From contig NIVC01000059.1 in assembly GCA_002269645.1 (NCBI GenBank), forward strand, positions 62,001 to 126,000: a DNA stretch of 64,000 nt, in the 5' to 3' direction. Below are positions 12,921 through 26,348 of the stretch, piece by piece (position 1 is the stretch's first letter; every line of letters starts with the position of its first letter). Source of the stretch: Macrostomum lignano. Taxonomy: Eukaryota. Both the position numbers and the translations under genes were made by a program. The notes beneath the pieces are model-generated. The model had not been told where the DNA came from. It saw nothing but the letters and a program-made list of their open reading frames with translations, and searched no databases.

Positions 12921-15882
12921 AAGTTGGTATAGGACCGATTCTTAGAAAGTTGGTACAGGACCGATTCTTAGAAAGTTGGTACAGGACCGATTCTTAGAAA
13001 GTTGGTACAGGACCGATTCTTAGAAAGTTGGTACAGGACCGATTCTTAGAAAGTTGGTACAGGACCGATTCTTAGAAAGTTGGTACAGGACCGATTCTTA
13101 GAAAGTTGGTACAGGACCGATTCTTAGAAAGTTGGTACAGGACCGATTCTTAGAAAGTTGGTACAGGATCGATTCTTAGAAAGTTGGTACAGGACCGATT
13201 CTTAGAAAGTTGGTACAGGACCGATTCTTAGAAAGTTGGTACAGGACCGATTCTTAGAAAGTTGGTACAGGACCGATTCTTAGAAAGTTGGTACAGGACC
13301 GATTCTTAGAAAGTTGGTACAGGATCGATTCTTAGAAAGTTGGTACAGGACCGATTCTTAGAAAGTTGGTACAGGACCGATTCTTAGAAAGTTGGTACAG
13401 GACCGATTCTTAGAAAGTTGGTACAGGACCGATTCTTAGAAAGTTGGTACAGGACCGATTCTTAGAAAGTTGGTACAGGACCGATTCTTAGAAAGTTGGT
13501 ACAGGACCGATTCTTAGAAAGTTGGTACAGGACCGATTCTTAGAAAGTTGGTACAGGATCGATTCTTAGAAAGTTGGTACAGGACCGATTCTTAGAAAGT
13601 TGGTACAGGACCGATTCTTAGAAAGTTGGTACAGGACCGATTCTTAGAAAGTTGGTACAGGACCGATTCTTAGAAAGTTGGTACAGGACCGATTCTTAGA
13701 AAGTTGGTACAGGATCGATTCTTAGAAAGTTGGTACAGGACCGATTCTTAGAAAGTTGGTACAGGACCGATTCTTAGAAAGTTGGTACAGGACCGATTCT
13801 TAGAAAGTTGGTACAGGACCGATTCTTAGAAAGTTGGTACAGGACCGATTCTTAGAAAGTTGGTACAGGACCGATTCTTAGAAAGTTGGTACAGGACCGA
13901 TTCTTAGAAAGTTGGTACAGGACCGATTCTTAGAAAGTTGGTACAGGACCGATTCTTAGAAAGTTGGTACAGGACCGATTCTTAGAAAGTTGGTACAGGA
14001 CCGATTCTTAGAAAGTTGGTACAGGATCGATTCTTAGAAAGTTGGTACAGGACCGATTCTTAGAAAGTTGGTACAGGACCGATTCTTAGAAAGTTGGTAC
14101 AGGACCGATTCTTAGAAAGTTGGTACAGGACCGATTCTTAGAAAGTTGGTACAGGACCGATTCTTAGAAAGTTGGTACAGGACCGATTCTTAGAAAGTTG
14201 GTACAGGACCGATTCTTAGAAAGTTGGTACAGGACCGATTCTTAGAAAGTTGGTACAGGATCGATTCTTAGAAAGTTGGTACAGGACCGATTCTTAGAAA
14301 GTTGGTACAGGACCGATTCTTAGAAAGTTGGTACAGGACCGATTCTTAGAAAGTTGGTACAGGACCGATTCTTAGAAAGTTGGTACAGGACCGATTCTTA
14401 GAAAGTTGGTACAGGACCGATTCCTAGAAAGTTGGTATAGGACCGATTCTTAGAAAGTTGGTACAGGACCGATTCTTAGAAAGTTGGTACAGGACCGATT
14501 CTTAGAAAGTTGGTACAGGACCGATTCTTAGAAAGTTGGTACAGGACCGATTCTTAGAAAGTTGGTACAGGATCGATTCTTAGAAAGTTGGTACAGGACC
14601 GATTCTTAGAAAGTTGGTACAGGACCGATTCTTAGAAAGTTGGTACAGGACCGATTCTTAGAAAGTTGGTACAGGACCGATTCTTAGAAAGTTGGTACAG
14701 GACCGATTCTTAGAAAGTTGGTACAGGATCGATTCTTAGAAAGTTGGTACAGGACCGATTCTTAGAAAGTTGGTACAGGACCGATTCTTAGAAAGTTGGT
14801 ACAGGACCGATTCTTAGAAAGTTGGTACAGGACCGATTCTTAGAAAGTTGGTACAGGACCGATTCTTAGAAAGTTGGTACAGGACCGATTCTTAGAAAGT
14901 TGGTACAGGATCGATTCTTAGAAAGTTGGTACAGGATCGATTCTTAGAAAGTTGGTACAGGACCGATTCTTAGAAAGTTGGTACAGGACCGATTCTTAGA
15001 AAGTTGGTACAGGACCGATTCTTAGAAAGTTGGTACAGGACCGATTCTTAGAAAGTTGGTACAGGACCGATTCTTAGAAAGTTGGTACAGGATCGATTCT
15101 TAGAAAGTTGGTACAGGACCGATTCTTAGAAAGTTGGTACAGGACCGATTCTTAGAAAGTTGGTACAGGACCGATTCTTAGAAAGTTGGTACAGGACCGA
15201 TTCTTAGAAAGTTGGTACAGGATCGATTCTTAGAAAGTTGGTACAGGACCGATTCTTAGAAAGTTGGTACAGGACCGATTCTTAGAAAGTTGGTACAGGA
15301 CCGATTCTTAGAAAGTTGGTACAGGATCGATTCTTAGAAAGTTGGTACAGGACCGATTCTTAGAAAGTTGGTACAGGACCGATTCTTAGAAAGTTGGTAC
15401 AGGACCGATTCTTAGAAAGTTGGTACAGGACCGATTCTTAGAAAGTTGGTACAGGACCGATTCTTAGAAAGTTGGTACAGGATCGATTCTTAGAAAGTTG
15501 GTACAGGACCGATTCTTAGAAAGTTGGTACAGGACCGATTCTTAGAAAGTTGGTACAGGACCGATTCTTAGAAAGTTGGTACAGGACCGATTCTTAGAAA
15601 GTTGGTACAGGACCGATTCTTAGAAAGTTGGTACAGGACCGATTCCTAGAAAGTTGGTATAGGACCGATTCTTAGAAAGTTGGTACAGGACCGATTCTTA
15701 GAAAGTTGGTACAGGACCGATTCTTAGAAAGTTGGTACAGGACCGATTCTTAGAAAGTTGGTACAGGACCGATTCCTAGAAAGTTGGTATAGGACCGATT
15801 CTTAGAAAGTTGGTACAGGACCGATTCTTAGAAAGTTGGTACAGGCCCGATTCCTAGAAAGTTGGTAAAGAACCGATTCTTT
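12921..15882. repeat. 26-bp satellite (ggaccgattcttagaaagttggtaca)n, about 113 copies, starting about 300 bp downstream of the IPO7 stop
   Basis: Near-perfect copies with recurring ggaTcg and ttcCtag variants. Confidence 0.97.
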
Positions 15883-16179
15883 AACTAACAAAGGAACTAG
15901 CAACAGATCGGATCGTCAATCGTCTGGAAAAGCAGCAACAAAGAACAAAGAGAAACAACAAAGCAAGCGTCAGAGAAAATAATGAAACAGCAGGAAAGAG
16001 CTCAAGTATGCAGTATTTTTAAAGAGAGAAAATAATAATTATAAGAGGAAAGAATGGTAGGCAAAGGCAGAAGTGGGTTAGCATACCAGTAATGTATAGC
16101 TGACGGGTAATTTTAAGCCCCATAATAACTAAAACCAACACACGGTCACACACTGGCCGATACGCAGTGCACAATTTTA

Positions 16180-19100
16180 TCATTGCCTGGGTGCGCCAGA
16201 TGAAAACCCTTGAAAGGTTTGCGCAGAGCCGCCGCCGCCGCCGCCAACGCCAAAATTAAAAGCAATGGGCACGGCAGTCTGAGAAAAAGTGTAGCCGCCC
16301 GATTGTCCAATCTTCTTTGACTGTCTGGCGTTGACGCGGAGCTCGGCCATGTGCAGCACCTCCTGCAGTTGGCTGCGCTGCTGCTCGTTGGCCGCGCCAA
16401 GCAGCTGGGCGTACACCTGGCTCTGGCTGGCGGCCAGGCTCTCCAGGGTGGACTTGAACACGGCGTATTCGTCCAGTTCGCAGTCGTCCTCGTCCAGCTT
16501 AGTCTCGTACATCGGATTCACCAAGTCCTCGTCCTCGTATTCTTCATCGTCATCGTCGTCGTCGCCCTCGTCGTCGCCGTTCTCGCCGCCGCCAGCTACT
16601 TTGTCCAGCTTCTTCAGCCTGGCGACGTACTCTTCCTGTGAAAGTGCATTCGTTTTTATAGTCGATTCGCTGATATTTACTCGTGATTAATAAAGAGAGG
16701 ACTGCGGGCTGAAGGTGTGAAAACTGCCTGAATCAGTCAGAATGACTGACTGACTGACTGACTGACTGACTGACTGACTGACTGACTGACTGACTGACTG
16801 ACACTGATGTGACTGACTGACTGACTGACTGACTGCCTGACTGACTGACTGACTGACTGACTGACTGACTGACTGACTGACTGCCTGACTGACTGACTGA
16901 CTGACTGACTGACTGACTGACTGACTGACTGACTGACTGACTGACTGACTGACTGACTGACTGACTGACTGACTGACTGACTGACTGACTGACTGACTGA
17001 CTGACTGACTGACTGACTGACTGACTGACTGACACTGATGTGACTGACTGACTGACTGACTGACTGACTGACTGCCTGACTGACTGACTGACTGACTGAC
17101 TGACTGACTGACTGACTGACTGACTAACTAATTAACTAACTGACTAATAGAAATGAAGAAGCAAACCTGCTCCGGATCGATATCGTCCTCGTCGCTGTCC
17201 AGCTCTTTGTTTTCATCGTCGGCGTCGGCTTTACCGTTGGACCGTCGGCCGCCGCGCTGCTTGCCGCCGCCGTTACTAGCATTGAGACCGTCGCCGCTAA
17301 CAGCCGAATTGTCGTCCTCGCCAGACGCTTCGGCGTCGCCGTCGCCGTCGTCATCGTCCTCGGCTTCGTTCTCTAGGCGGCTTTTCAATTGGTAGGCGGC
17401 CTTCAAGCCGTGGAACAGGGCCAGGAACTGCGGCAGGAGGCTGGGCAGAGCGGCCGCGAAGCAGGCCGGCATGCGGTCTGGCGGGCAGGTGAGCAGAGTG
17501 CAGAAGCCCAGTACGCACAGTTTGCGATCGTGCAGGCTTAGAAAACAGTCAACGTCGGAGATCCACTGGGCTGAGGAGTTGTTGAAAAAAAATCGTTGAG
17601 GATTAGATGAAGATATTTAGATTTATAAGTGTACAGTGTCTACTCAAGCGATCTAGACTACAAGCACTCTTTCTATATACCCTGGCACCTGGCACTCGTC
17701 TCAGAAAATTAAATTTTAAATGCTCAACCACAAATTGAAATTAAGCTTTTATTACCGAGAAATTCAAGATGCAAAAATATATATTTGTAAATAACTTTTC
17801 ACTCCTAGCTGCCCCTAAATCTCGTGAGCTATCAGGGCACTCTTGTTAGCTACCAAAAAACTCTCGTTAGCTAACTGGTCACTCTCGGTAGCTAGCTACA
17901 TACCTGGTCACTCTCGGTAGCTACACACCTGGTCACCCTCGGTAGCTACACACCTGGTCACCCTCGGTAGCTACACACCTGGTCACCCTCGGTAGCTACA
18001 CACCTGGTCACCCTCGGTAGCTACACACCTGGTCACCCTCGGTAGCTACACACCTGGTCACCCTCGGTAGCTACACACCTGGTCACCCTCGGTAGCTACA
18101 CACCTGGTCACCCTCGGTAGCTACACACCTGGTCACCCTCGGTAGCTACACACCTGGTCACCCTCGGTAGCTACACACCTGGTCACCCTCGGTAGCTACA
18201 CATCTGGTCACGGGTCGCCATCATAAACCCGAAAAATCACAACTCCGAAAGCACTTCCCATCATAAACCCAAAATATCACAAACCCGAAATATCACAAAC
18301 CCGAAATATCACAAACCCGAAATATCATAAACCCGAATTATCATAAATCCGAAAAACAAAATACGCTCGTAGCAACGCCCATCATAAACCCGAAATATCA
18401 CAACTCCGAAATTAATAGCAACGCCCATCATAAACCTGAAAAATCACAACTCTGAAAACCAAAATAGTATTGCCCATCATAAACCCGAAATATCACAAAC
18501 CCGAAATATCATAACTCCAAAAAGCGCTTTCCATCATAAACCCGAAATATCACAAACCCGAAATATCACAAACCCAAAACATCACAAACCCGAAATATCA
18601 TAAACCCGAAATATCATAAACCCGAAATATCACAAACCCGAAATATCACAAACCCGAAACATCACAAACCCGAAATATCATAAACCCGAAATATCATAAA
18701 CCCGAAATATCACAAACCCGAAATATCACAAACCAGAAATATCATAAACCCGAAAAATCACAAACCCGAAATATCATAACTCCAAAAGTTCTAGCAATGT
18801 CCAACACTATTTTGGTTTTCGGAGTTGTGATTTTTCGGGTTTGAGATGCTCTCCCGCTAGCAACGTACCTAAACACTTTCGATAGCTAAGTTGTCACTCA
18901 GTCATAAGTCATAGATGTCCCCAGCACACATTGAAGCTACCTGGGCACCTATCTTCTTAGCCTATAGATACTTAGTACATACTGGCACACAACGTAAATT
19001 TAAGACAATGAGCTCACCAAGGAATCGATCAAACAAGCCGGGCTGCTGGCACAGCAGCTGTAGCGTAGCCTCTGGCCAATGCAGCAGAGCCGCAACGCCC

Positions 19101-19650
19101 ACTAGCAGGCACATTGCCCGCAGTTCGGAGGTCTCCGGGGCCCGATCGCCCAGCACTCGGCCAACAGCTGCCTGCAGAATTCTCGGCACCAGCGCGTCAA
19201 TACGGCCGGGAAAGTGCAATAGCATCACTTCTAGCAGTTTAGCCGCATTGTACTCGGTTTCTTCGTCGGCTTTGCCGCACTCTAGCACGCTGCAGCACAT
19301 GCGCAGTACGATGTCGATTCTACTCGGGTCGGCTAGGAAAGCGTCCGGATCGACTGTTACGTAACAGTACAACGGGTTCATCATGTCGCTAAAATAGTCG
19401 GGACCGTCGCGTTCGAAGCACTGATAGAGCAACGGCAGCACCGTCCACATAGCGTCCGATACGCGTTCGCAGATTAAACTGTGCGCTAACGAGATGGCCT
19501 CCTCGTAATATTCCACTATGCCGTCGCTCAGGATGTATCTGTGGAAGCATTTACATATTGAAAGTTGTTGTCGTAGAAGCATTTATCACACTACACATCG
19601 GCAGTGTAAATATAGTGTTGCGGTTATTAGAAGAGTAGCGGTAGTAGTGT

Positions 19651-19700
<50 letters not shown>

Positions 19701-19821
19701 TAGTAGTAGTAGTAGTGTAGTAGTAGTAGTAGTAGTGTAGTAGTAGTAGTAGTAGTGTAGTAGTAGTGTAGTAGTAGTAGTGTAGTAGTAGTGTAGTAGT
19801 AGTAGTAGTAGTAGTAGTAGT

Positions 19822-19893
<72 letters not shown>

Positions 19894-19917
19894 TAGTAGT
19901 AGTGTAGTAGTAGTAGT

Positions 19918-19965
<48 letters not shown>

Positions 19966-22900
19966 TAGTAGTAGTAGTAGTAGTGTAGTAGTAGTAGTAG
20001 TAGTAGTGTAGTAGTAGTAGTAGTAGTGGTAGTAGTAGTATAGTAGTGGTAGTAGTAGTAGTACTGTTAATAGTAGTAGCAGTAGTAGTACTAGTATTAG
20101 CAGTAGTAGTAGTAGTAGCAGTAGCAGTAGCATTAGCAGTAGTAATAGTAGTAGCAGAAGTAGTAGCAGAAGTAGTACTAGCAGTAGTATAGTAGTAGTA
20201 GAATTAGTAGTAGTAGAATTAGTAGTAGTAACAGTAGTAGTAGTAGATCGAGAATTAGCAGTTTATAAAATGATAGTTATTTATAGTAAAGTATAGCTAG
20301 TATAATATAGTTTTTCATACGTGCTACAATAAAACTAATACACTAACTGCAGTCTTAGTATCACAAATTACTATTAAGTGACTCAGGATCCAACACAAAA
20401 AGCTCACCTAACTAAGCCAATCATAATCGGCTCCAGCTGGGACATCAGCTGACTGTCCTCCTCCAGCACGCTGGCGATAGTCTCCAGCGTAGTCAGGATG
20501 CCCATGGCCAGCACGGCGCTGTCCTCATCATCTTCGTCTGTCCCAGCGGCGCCGCTCTCGTTGCCGCCGCCGCCACCGCCGTCGGGGCCGTTGTGCCCAG
20601 TAGATTTCAATAGTTGAATAAACGTATCGGACAACTGCTGCACAATCGACTGAGCTAGAGGGCCGATATCTTCGCGGTATTCAAGGAACACCTGGAAGCA
20701 GTAAGAATATTTTTCGATGTTTAATGAAAACACCGAAATGTCACGGTGCAAGTCGTTAAAGAGTCGCCTTAAGAGTTCAATTTGGGCATCTGAGGCGTGC
20801 CAGAGTCGCTGTAGAATCACTCAGTTGCGCCTAAAGCGCATTTGCATCAATTTAGGAACTAGAATGGCATTTCGGATTTATAACAACTCTATTTAGTCGA
20901 CTTGAGTTAGTAGAAAGTTAAGCGCTAACACAACGACTTTTGGACGACTTTTTCGAGACTTTTTACGATTCTGCAACTCACGTGATGCTCTTGTGACTCA
21001 ACAGTCGCCTCTCCGTTGCATTTGCAATCGTTTGAGTCATTATTTTTTTAATTCCTAACTATTTGAAGTGTCAATAATTATTTCCAATTTCATGGCTCAA
21101 AATTAATTGTTAAATTTGATGAATCTGTACACGTGGAGTCTGCAGGGTCAGAGATGCTCAGCAATGTAAAGATTAGTGTAAAGATATCTAAGTGTCATCT
21201 CATTCAATCTTCATATTCTTGAATGATGCCAGCTGAATTTTCTGAATTTGGATCCAGGACGCCAAATAGCATTGCGAACACCCTAGCGTAGGACCCGGCC
21301 CTGACTCCTAAGCACAGACAGGCGCTAATACTGTACGCAGGCACGCACTCGAACACACGCTCACACAGGGTGTACAGCGGCCCTGACTTTCTAATCTTCA
21401 GGCACGGACGGACACTCTATGTGCCCTGGGGGTTTGGCTGCCAGCTGGCGAGGGGCCCAGCTAAGGTAAGTCGCAAAAATGCCTACCCAAAAATACATAC
21501 GAAGTACTAATTAGATGACGAGGCATTTTGCCTCAAAAGTACAAGTCATAGTTACTCCTGCTGTTTACCCAAAACTTTGAAGCTTGCTTTAAATTTTGCC
21601 GCTGAGCTACGAGTGCATAATCTTATTATCAGTGCAGAGAACTTACTTGAAATGGCAGCTAATCCACTATCCAGTACTCAATACTCACCTTCTGCAGCAC
21701 GCTATTCAGCTCATCATTGCCAGTCTGCCGCATGGTCTCCAGCAGGGCCTGCAGCAGAGCCGGCACGTAGGGCTTAGCAATTTCAGCGAATTCATCCTGA
21801 TCGTTAATCACATCCTGCAGAGCCATGGCCGCCTCCATTCGAACCGGCAGTTCTTTGTCTTCAACTAGGCTCATTCTGATCAGTTCGGCAATCTGCCTGA
21901 GCGCCTCTGACGACAGTTTCGCCTCGGAGAATCGTTGAAACAGCCAGCAGGACCGGGCCCTGAGGAAGCCGTGCGGCGAGCGAGTCTGCGGAAACACCTT
22001 GTCCCGAAGGAACCGTTCGATTTCGCGTCTATAGAGCCGCTTCTTGGCTAAGAGATCGGCCACTACGCCGACAATGTGCAGAGCGCCGTCCAGCTCCCTG
22101 GCCGTGGTGGTGTCCCGATTAATAATCTCAACGCAGAACTGCATACACTTGTCCAGCACCTCCCGGCGCTTCTGGCTGGCCGTGTGAATCAGGTTCTGCG
22201 CCGATACGGCCGGACTGCTGAACTCTTCGAATACGTCGAATTTTGACTGCGACAAATGAAATTCGATTTCGAAAAGGCGCGATTAATGCAGTGCCGAATT
22301 GTGGAAAAAAAACTAACTCGCTTCACATGTTCTTAACCTGCTACTTGTACAGATTAGTATTCAGTAGCAAGTAAGGAAAATGGCCAACATTTTCTGTGAT
22401 GAAGGACGATAAGCTTAATTTAATCCTGTTTTGGGATCTAAGAAGTGTGGGATTAGCCCAGAATGCATGGGGATCTGGGAAGTGTGGGATTAGCCCAGTC
22501 TGGGGATCTGGGAAGTGTGGGATTAGCCCAGTCTGGGGATCTGGGAAGTGTGGGATTAGCCCAGTCTGGGGATCTGGGAAGTGTGGGATTAGCCCAGAAT
22601 GAGGATTTGGGAAGTGTGGGATAAGCCCAGAATGCATGGGGATCTGGGAAGTGTGGGATTAGCCCAGAATGCATGGGGATCTGGGAAGTGTGGGATTAGC
22701 CCAGTCTGGGGATCTGGGAAGTGTGAGATTAGCCCAGACTGGAGATCTGGGAAGTGTGGGATTAGCCCAGAATGAGGATCTGGGAAGTGTGGGATTAGCC
22801 CAGAATGAGGATCTGGGTAATGTGGGATTAGCCCAGAATGCATGGGGATCTGGGAAGTGTGAGATTAGCCCAGTCTGGGAATCTGGGAAGTGTGGGATTA

Positions 22901-25900
22901 GCCCAGTCTGGGGATCTGGGAAGTGTGGGATTAGCCCAGAATGCATGGGGATCTGGGAAGTGTGGGATTAGCCCAGAATGCATGGGGATCTGGGAAGTGT
23001 GGGATTAGCCCAGACTGGAGATCTGGGAAGTGTGGGATTAGCCCAGAATGCATGGGGATCTGGGAAGTGTGGGATTAGCCCAGAATTAGGATCTGGGAAG
23101 TGTGGGATTAGCCCAGAATGAGGATTTAGGAAGTGTGGGATAAGCCCAGAATGCATGGGGATCTGGGAAGTGTGGGATTAGCCCAGTCTGGGGATTTGGG
23201 AATTGTGGGATTAGCCCAGTCTGGGGATCTGGGAAGTGTGGGATTAGCCCAGTCTGGGGATCTGGGAAGTGTGGGATTACCCTACTAACGTGCAGTAACA
23301 ATAATGATTAAATGTATTGAATCCATAAAAGATGCTCAATTATATAAATAAAACAGTTTTTACCTTGACATACTCAACGGGGTCAGACTCCCAGAGTTCA
23401 GCGTCGGACTCGCTGTGGCACATGATTGGAAAGCAGACACGAGCGATAACTTCTTGCATATGCGGTTTAATATAGCGCCAGGTGTGAGCATACGGCACCG
23501 CAGTCTCTAAGTAGCTTAGCATATGGTAAAGCATCTTTGGCGACAGGTATTCGCCGCGGCTATAGCGGTCTAGCCACTCGAACACCACCTGGAGCACCGT
23601 GCCTGGCACGGCCTTCACGTACCAGTCGCCGAAGCTGGCGTCTCGCTTGGACAGATCGTCGTTCGGGCCGAATTTTTCGAACCAGGCCTGATGGCGTTAC
23701 GTAATCAATGATTCAATATTGCGTCAGTAAATTACCTAGCAAAGTATGGGGATCTGGGATGTGGGATTGGCTTCAGTTTGAGGGGATCTGGGAAGGGAGA
23801 TTGGCTTTAGTCTGAGAGAATCCGGGATGTGGGATTGGCTTCAGTCTGAGGGAAACTGGGAAGTGGGATTGGCTTCAGTCTGAGGGGATCTGGGAAGTGG
23901 GATTGGCTTCAGTCTGAGGGGATCTGGGATGTGGGATTGGCTTCAGTCTGAGGGGATCTGGGAAGTGGGATTGGCTTTAGTTTGAGGGGATTTGGGAAGT
24001 GGGATTGGCTTCAGTCTGAGGGGATCTGGGAAGTGGGATTGGCTTCAGTCTGAGGGGATCTGGGATGTGGGATTGGCTTCAGTCTGAGGGGATCTGGGAA
24101 GTGGGATTGGCTTCAGTTTGAGGGGATCTGGGAAGGGAGATTGGCTTTAGTCTGAGAGAATCCGGGATGTGGGATTGGCTTCAGTCTGAGGGGAACTGGG
24201 AAGTGGGATTGGCTTCAGTCTGAGGGGATCTGGGAAGTGGGATTGGCTTCAGTCTGAGGGGATCTGGGAAGTGGGATTGGCTTCAGTCTGAGGGGAACTG
24301 GGAAGTGGGATTGGCTTCAGTCTGAGGGGATCTGGGAAGTGGGATTGGCTTTAGTTTGAGGGGATTTGGGAAGTGGGATTGGCTTCAGTCTGAGGGGATC
24401 TGGGAAGTGGGATTGGCTTCAGTCTGAGGGGATCTGGGATGTGGGATTGGCTTCAGTCTGAGGGGATCTGGGAAGTGGGATTGGCTTCAGTCTGAGGGGA
24501 TCTGGGAAGTGGGATTGGCTTTAGTCTGAGGGGATCTGGGATGTGGGATTGGCTTCAGTCTGAGGGAAACTGGGAAGTGGGATTGGCTTCAGTCTGAGGG
24601 GATCTGGGAAGTGGGATTGGCTTCAGTCTGAGGGGATCTGGGAAGTGGGATTGGCTTCAGTCTGAGGGGATTTGGGAAGCGGGCATCATCCTAACTTATG
24701 ATTAGAAATGTGAACAGTTTTAAAAAGAAATGTAGCGCATATGAAAAATCTTATCAACAGCCAACTCACCTGCAAGCAGTGCATCGACCATTTCTTAGCT
24801 TTCCACCAGCACAGCTCCGGTCGGTCTTCCGGATCGACGCCTTGTTGGCACTCGTCTGGCACAGGGGCGCGCACAATTCGGGTGATGGCCTCGGACCAGA
24901 GCAGCACCAGTTGGTGGTTGGTCTCCAGGATTGGCGGCAGGTAGTTGCTTGTGTACGCGTAGAATATCTGCAAGGGTTTTTTGGAGTTTTGGGGCAGATT
25001 AATATTAACATTTAGCATAAACTATACATTAGCAGACTTCAGATCGTGAGCTGGCCTAATATGGGGATCTGGGATTGGCATTATTTTTGGGAAATGGGGA
25101 TCTGGGATTGGCATTATTTTGGGGAAATGGGGATCTGGCAAAGTTTGGGGAAATGGGGATCTGGGATTGGCATTATTTTTGGGAAATGGGGATCTGGGAT
25201 TGGCATTATTTTGGGGAAATGGATCTGAGATTGGAACAGATTGGGGAAATGGGGATCTGGGATTGGCATTATTTTGGGGAAATGGATCTGGGATTGGAAC
25301 AGATTGGGGAAATGGGGATCTGGGATTGGCATTATTTTGGGAAATGGATCTGGGATTGGAACAGATTAGGGAAATGGGGATCTGGAATTGGCAAAGTTTG
25401 GGGAAATGGGGATCTGGGATTGGCATTATTTTGGGAAATGGATCTGGGATTGGAACAGATTGGGGAAATGGGGATCTGGGATTGGCAAAGTTTGGGGAAA
25501 TGGGGATCTGGGATTGGCATTATTTTGGGAAATGGATCTGGGATTGGAACAGATTGGGGAAATGGAGATCTGGGATTGGCATTATTTTGGGGAAATGGGG
25601 ATCTGGGATTGGCATTATTTTGGGGAAATGGGGATCTGGGATTGGCATTATTTTGGGAAACGGGATCTTGAGACTCAAGAGGTTCAAGCTCCAAGAGATC
25701 AAGTCAGATTCGCACCTTCAGCACAAGCTTCTGCACCAAAGCGCTAAACGCAGTTGGCCCATCAGCATCAGCTTGAGCCAGACGTTGCAACAGCAGCGGC
25801 AACAGCCGGGACATTGTCTCGTCAACTGGGCCACGCTGATCGGACTTGGCGTACTGGAACGACTTAGCAAAAGTGTAAGCGGCAGTCAGGGCGCCTGGTA

Positions 25901-26348
25901 GCAGCGAGAGATTTTCGGTGGCAACAGCCCGGCAGAGCTGATCGGGCAAGTCCGCACCCCATCTGGCTGGGAAGTCCTGCAGCATAGCCGATAGGCACAC
26001 TCGCAGCTGGCTCAGTATAGCTTCGGGAGCCTGCAGCATAGCTTCAATGATAGTGGCGCGCAGGTGCACCCGGTCCGGCTCCGACAGGCTGAACACGGGT
26101 GTCGAGTTATTGTCGCAGTCGCTCTCGTCGCCACTGGGGCGCCAGAACCGATTGACGGTGTTCTTCAGGTAAATAGCGCCAGCCTGACGTGTTGGACCAT
26201 CTAATTCGGCAGACATGACCAGCGACAGTAGGCCGGGCACAAAGCCGGGCGTTGAACGAGCCTCATCTAAATAGGCTTCGGCTTCTTTCTGTTGGCCAGC
26301 TTCCAGTGTAGCCTTCAAGGCTTGCACAATGCGAGCTGCATCAGCCAT
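16180..26348 (-). CDS. IPO7: Importin-7/8 (karyopherin-beta family), about 1125 aa; exons 26348-25716, 24967-24770, 23687-23364, 22246-21689, 20691-20408, 19538-19018, 17570-17167, 16635-16180
   Basis: N-terminal IBN_N-like segment (RQAGAIYLKNTV), WWKAKKW, ELWESDPVEYVKSKFDVFEE, FLRARSCW, QWISDVDCFLSLHDRKLCVLG and an acidic C-terminal tract. GT-AG introns in phases 0,0,0,0,2,1,0 give an open frame. IPO7 versus IPO8 cannot be resolved by eye. Confidence 0.92.
16733..17145. repeat. (ACTG)n microsatellite in IPO7 intron 7
   Basis: Direct inspection. Confidence 0.95.
17860..18210. repeat. 25-bp minisatellite (ggtcaccctcggtagctacacacct)n in IPO7 intron 6
   Basis: About 12-13 copies seen directly. 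Confidence 0.93.
18211..18856. mobile_element. TIR-bounded MITE-like element filled with 16-bp repeats (atatcacaaacccgaa)n in IPO7 intron 6
   Basis: The left end cgggtcgccatcataaacccgaaaaatcacaactccgaaa matches the reverse complement of the right end (cgggagagcatctcaaacccgaaaaatcacaactccgaaa). No clear TSD. Confidence 0.6.
19633..20245. repeat. (AGT)n microsatellite in IPO7 intron 5
   Basis: Direct inspection. Confidence 0.96.
22430..23282. repeat. 33-bp G-rich minisatellite (ggggatctgggaagtgtgggattagcccagtct)n in IPO7 intron 3
   Basis: Direct inspection; includes gaatgcatg and gaatga variants. Confidence 0.95.
23746..24680. repeat. 34-bp G-rich minisatellite (ggggatctgggaagtgggattggcttcagtctga)n in IPO7 intron 2
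   Basis: About 27 copies seen directly. Confidence 0.95.
25060..25668. repeat. About 33-bp G-rich minisatellite (ggggatctgggattggcattattttggggaaat)n with three alternating sub-types in IPO7 intron 1
   Basis: Direct inspection. Confidence 0.93.

Noticed and set aside
12921-15882. CRISPR array
   Set aside because: Units are head-to-tail with no unique spacers, there are no cas genes and the context is eukaryotic. The same applies to every other array.
19649-19655. Perfect TACTAAC branch point at the edge of the (TAC)n array
   Set aside because: It is about 110 nt from the acceptor and is one mutation away from the repeat, so it is expected by chance.
22341-25901. Many overlapping GLIPHFPDP, WGSGI and PDPHFP ORFs
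   Set aside because: They lie inside IPO7 introns 1 and 3 and reflect repeat periodicity; the IPO7 frame is complete without them.
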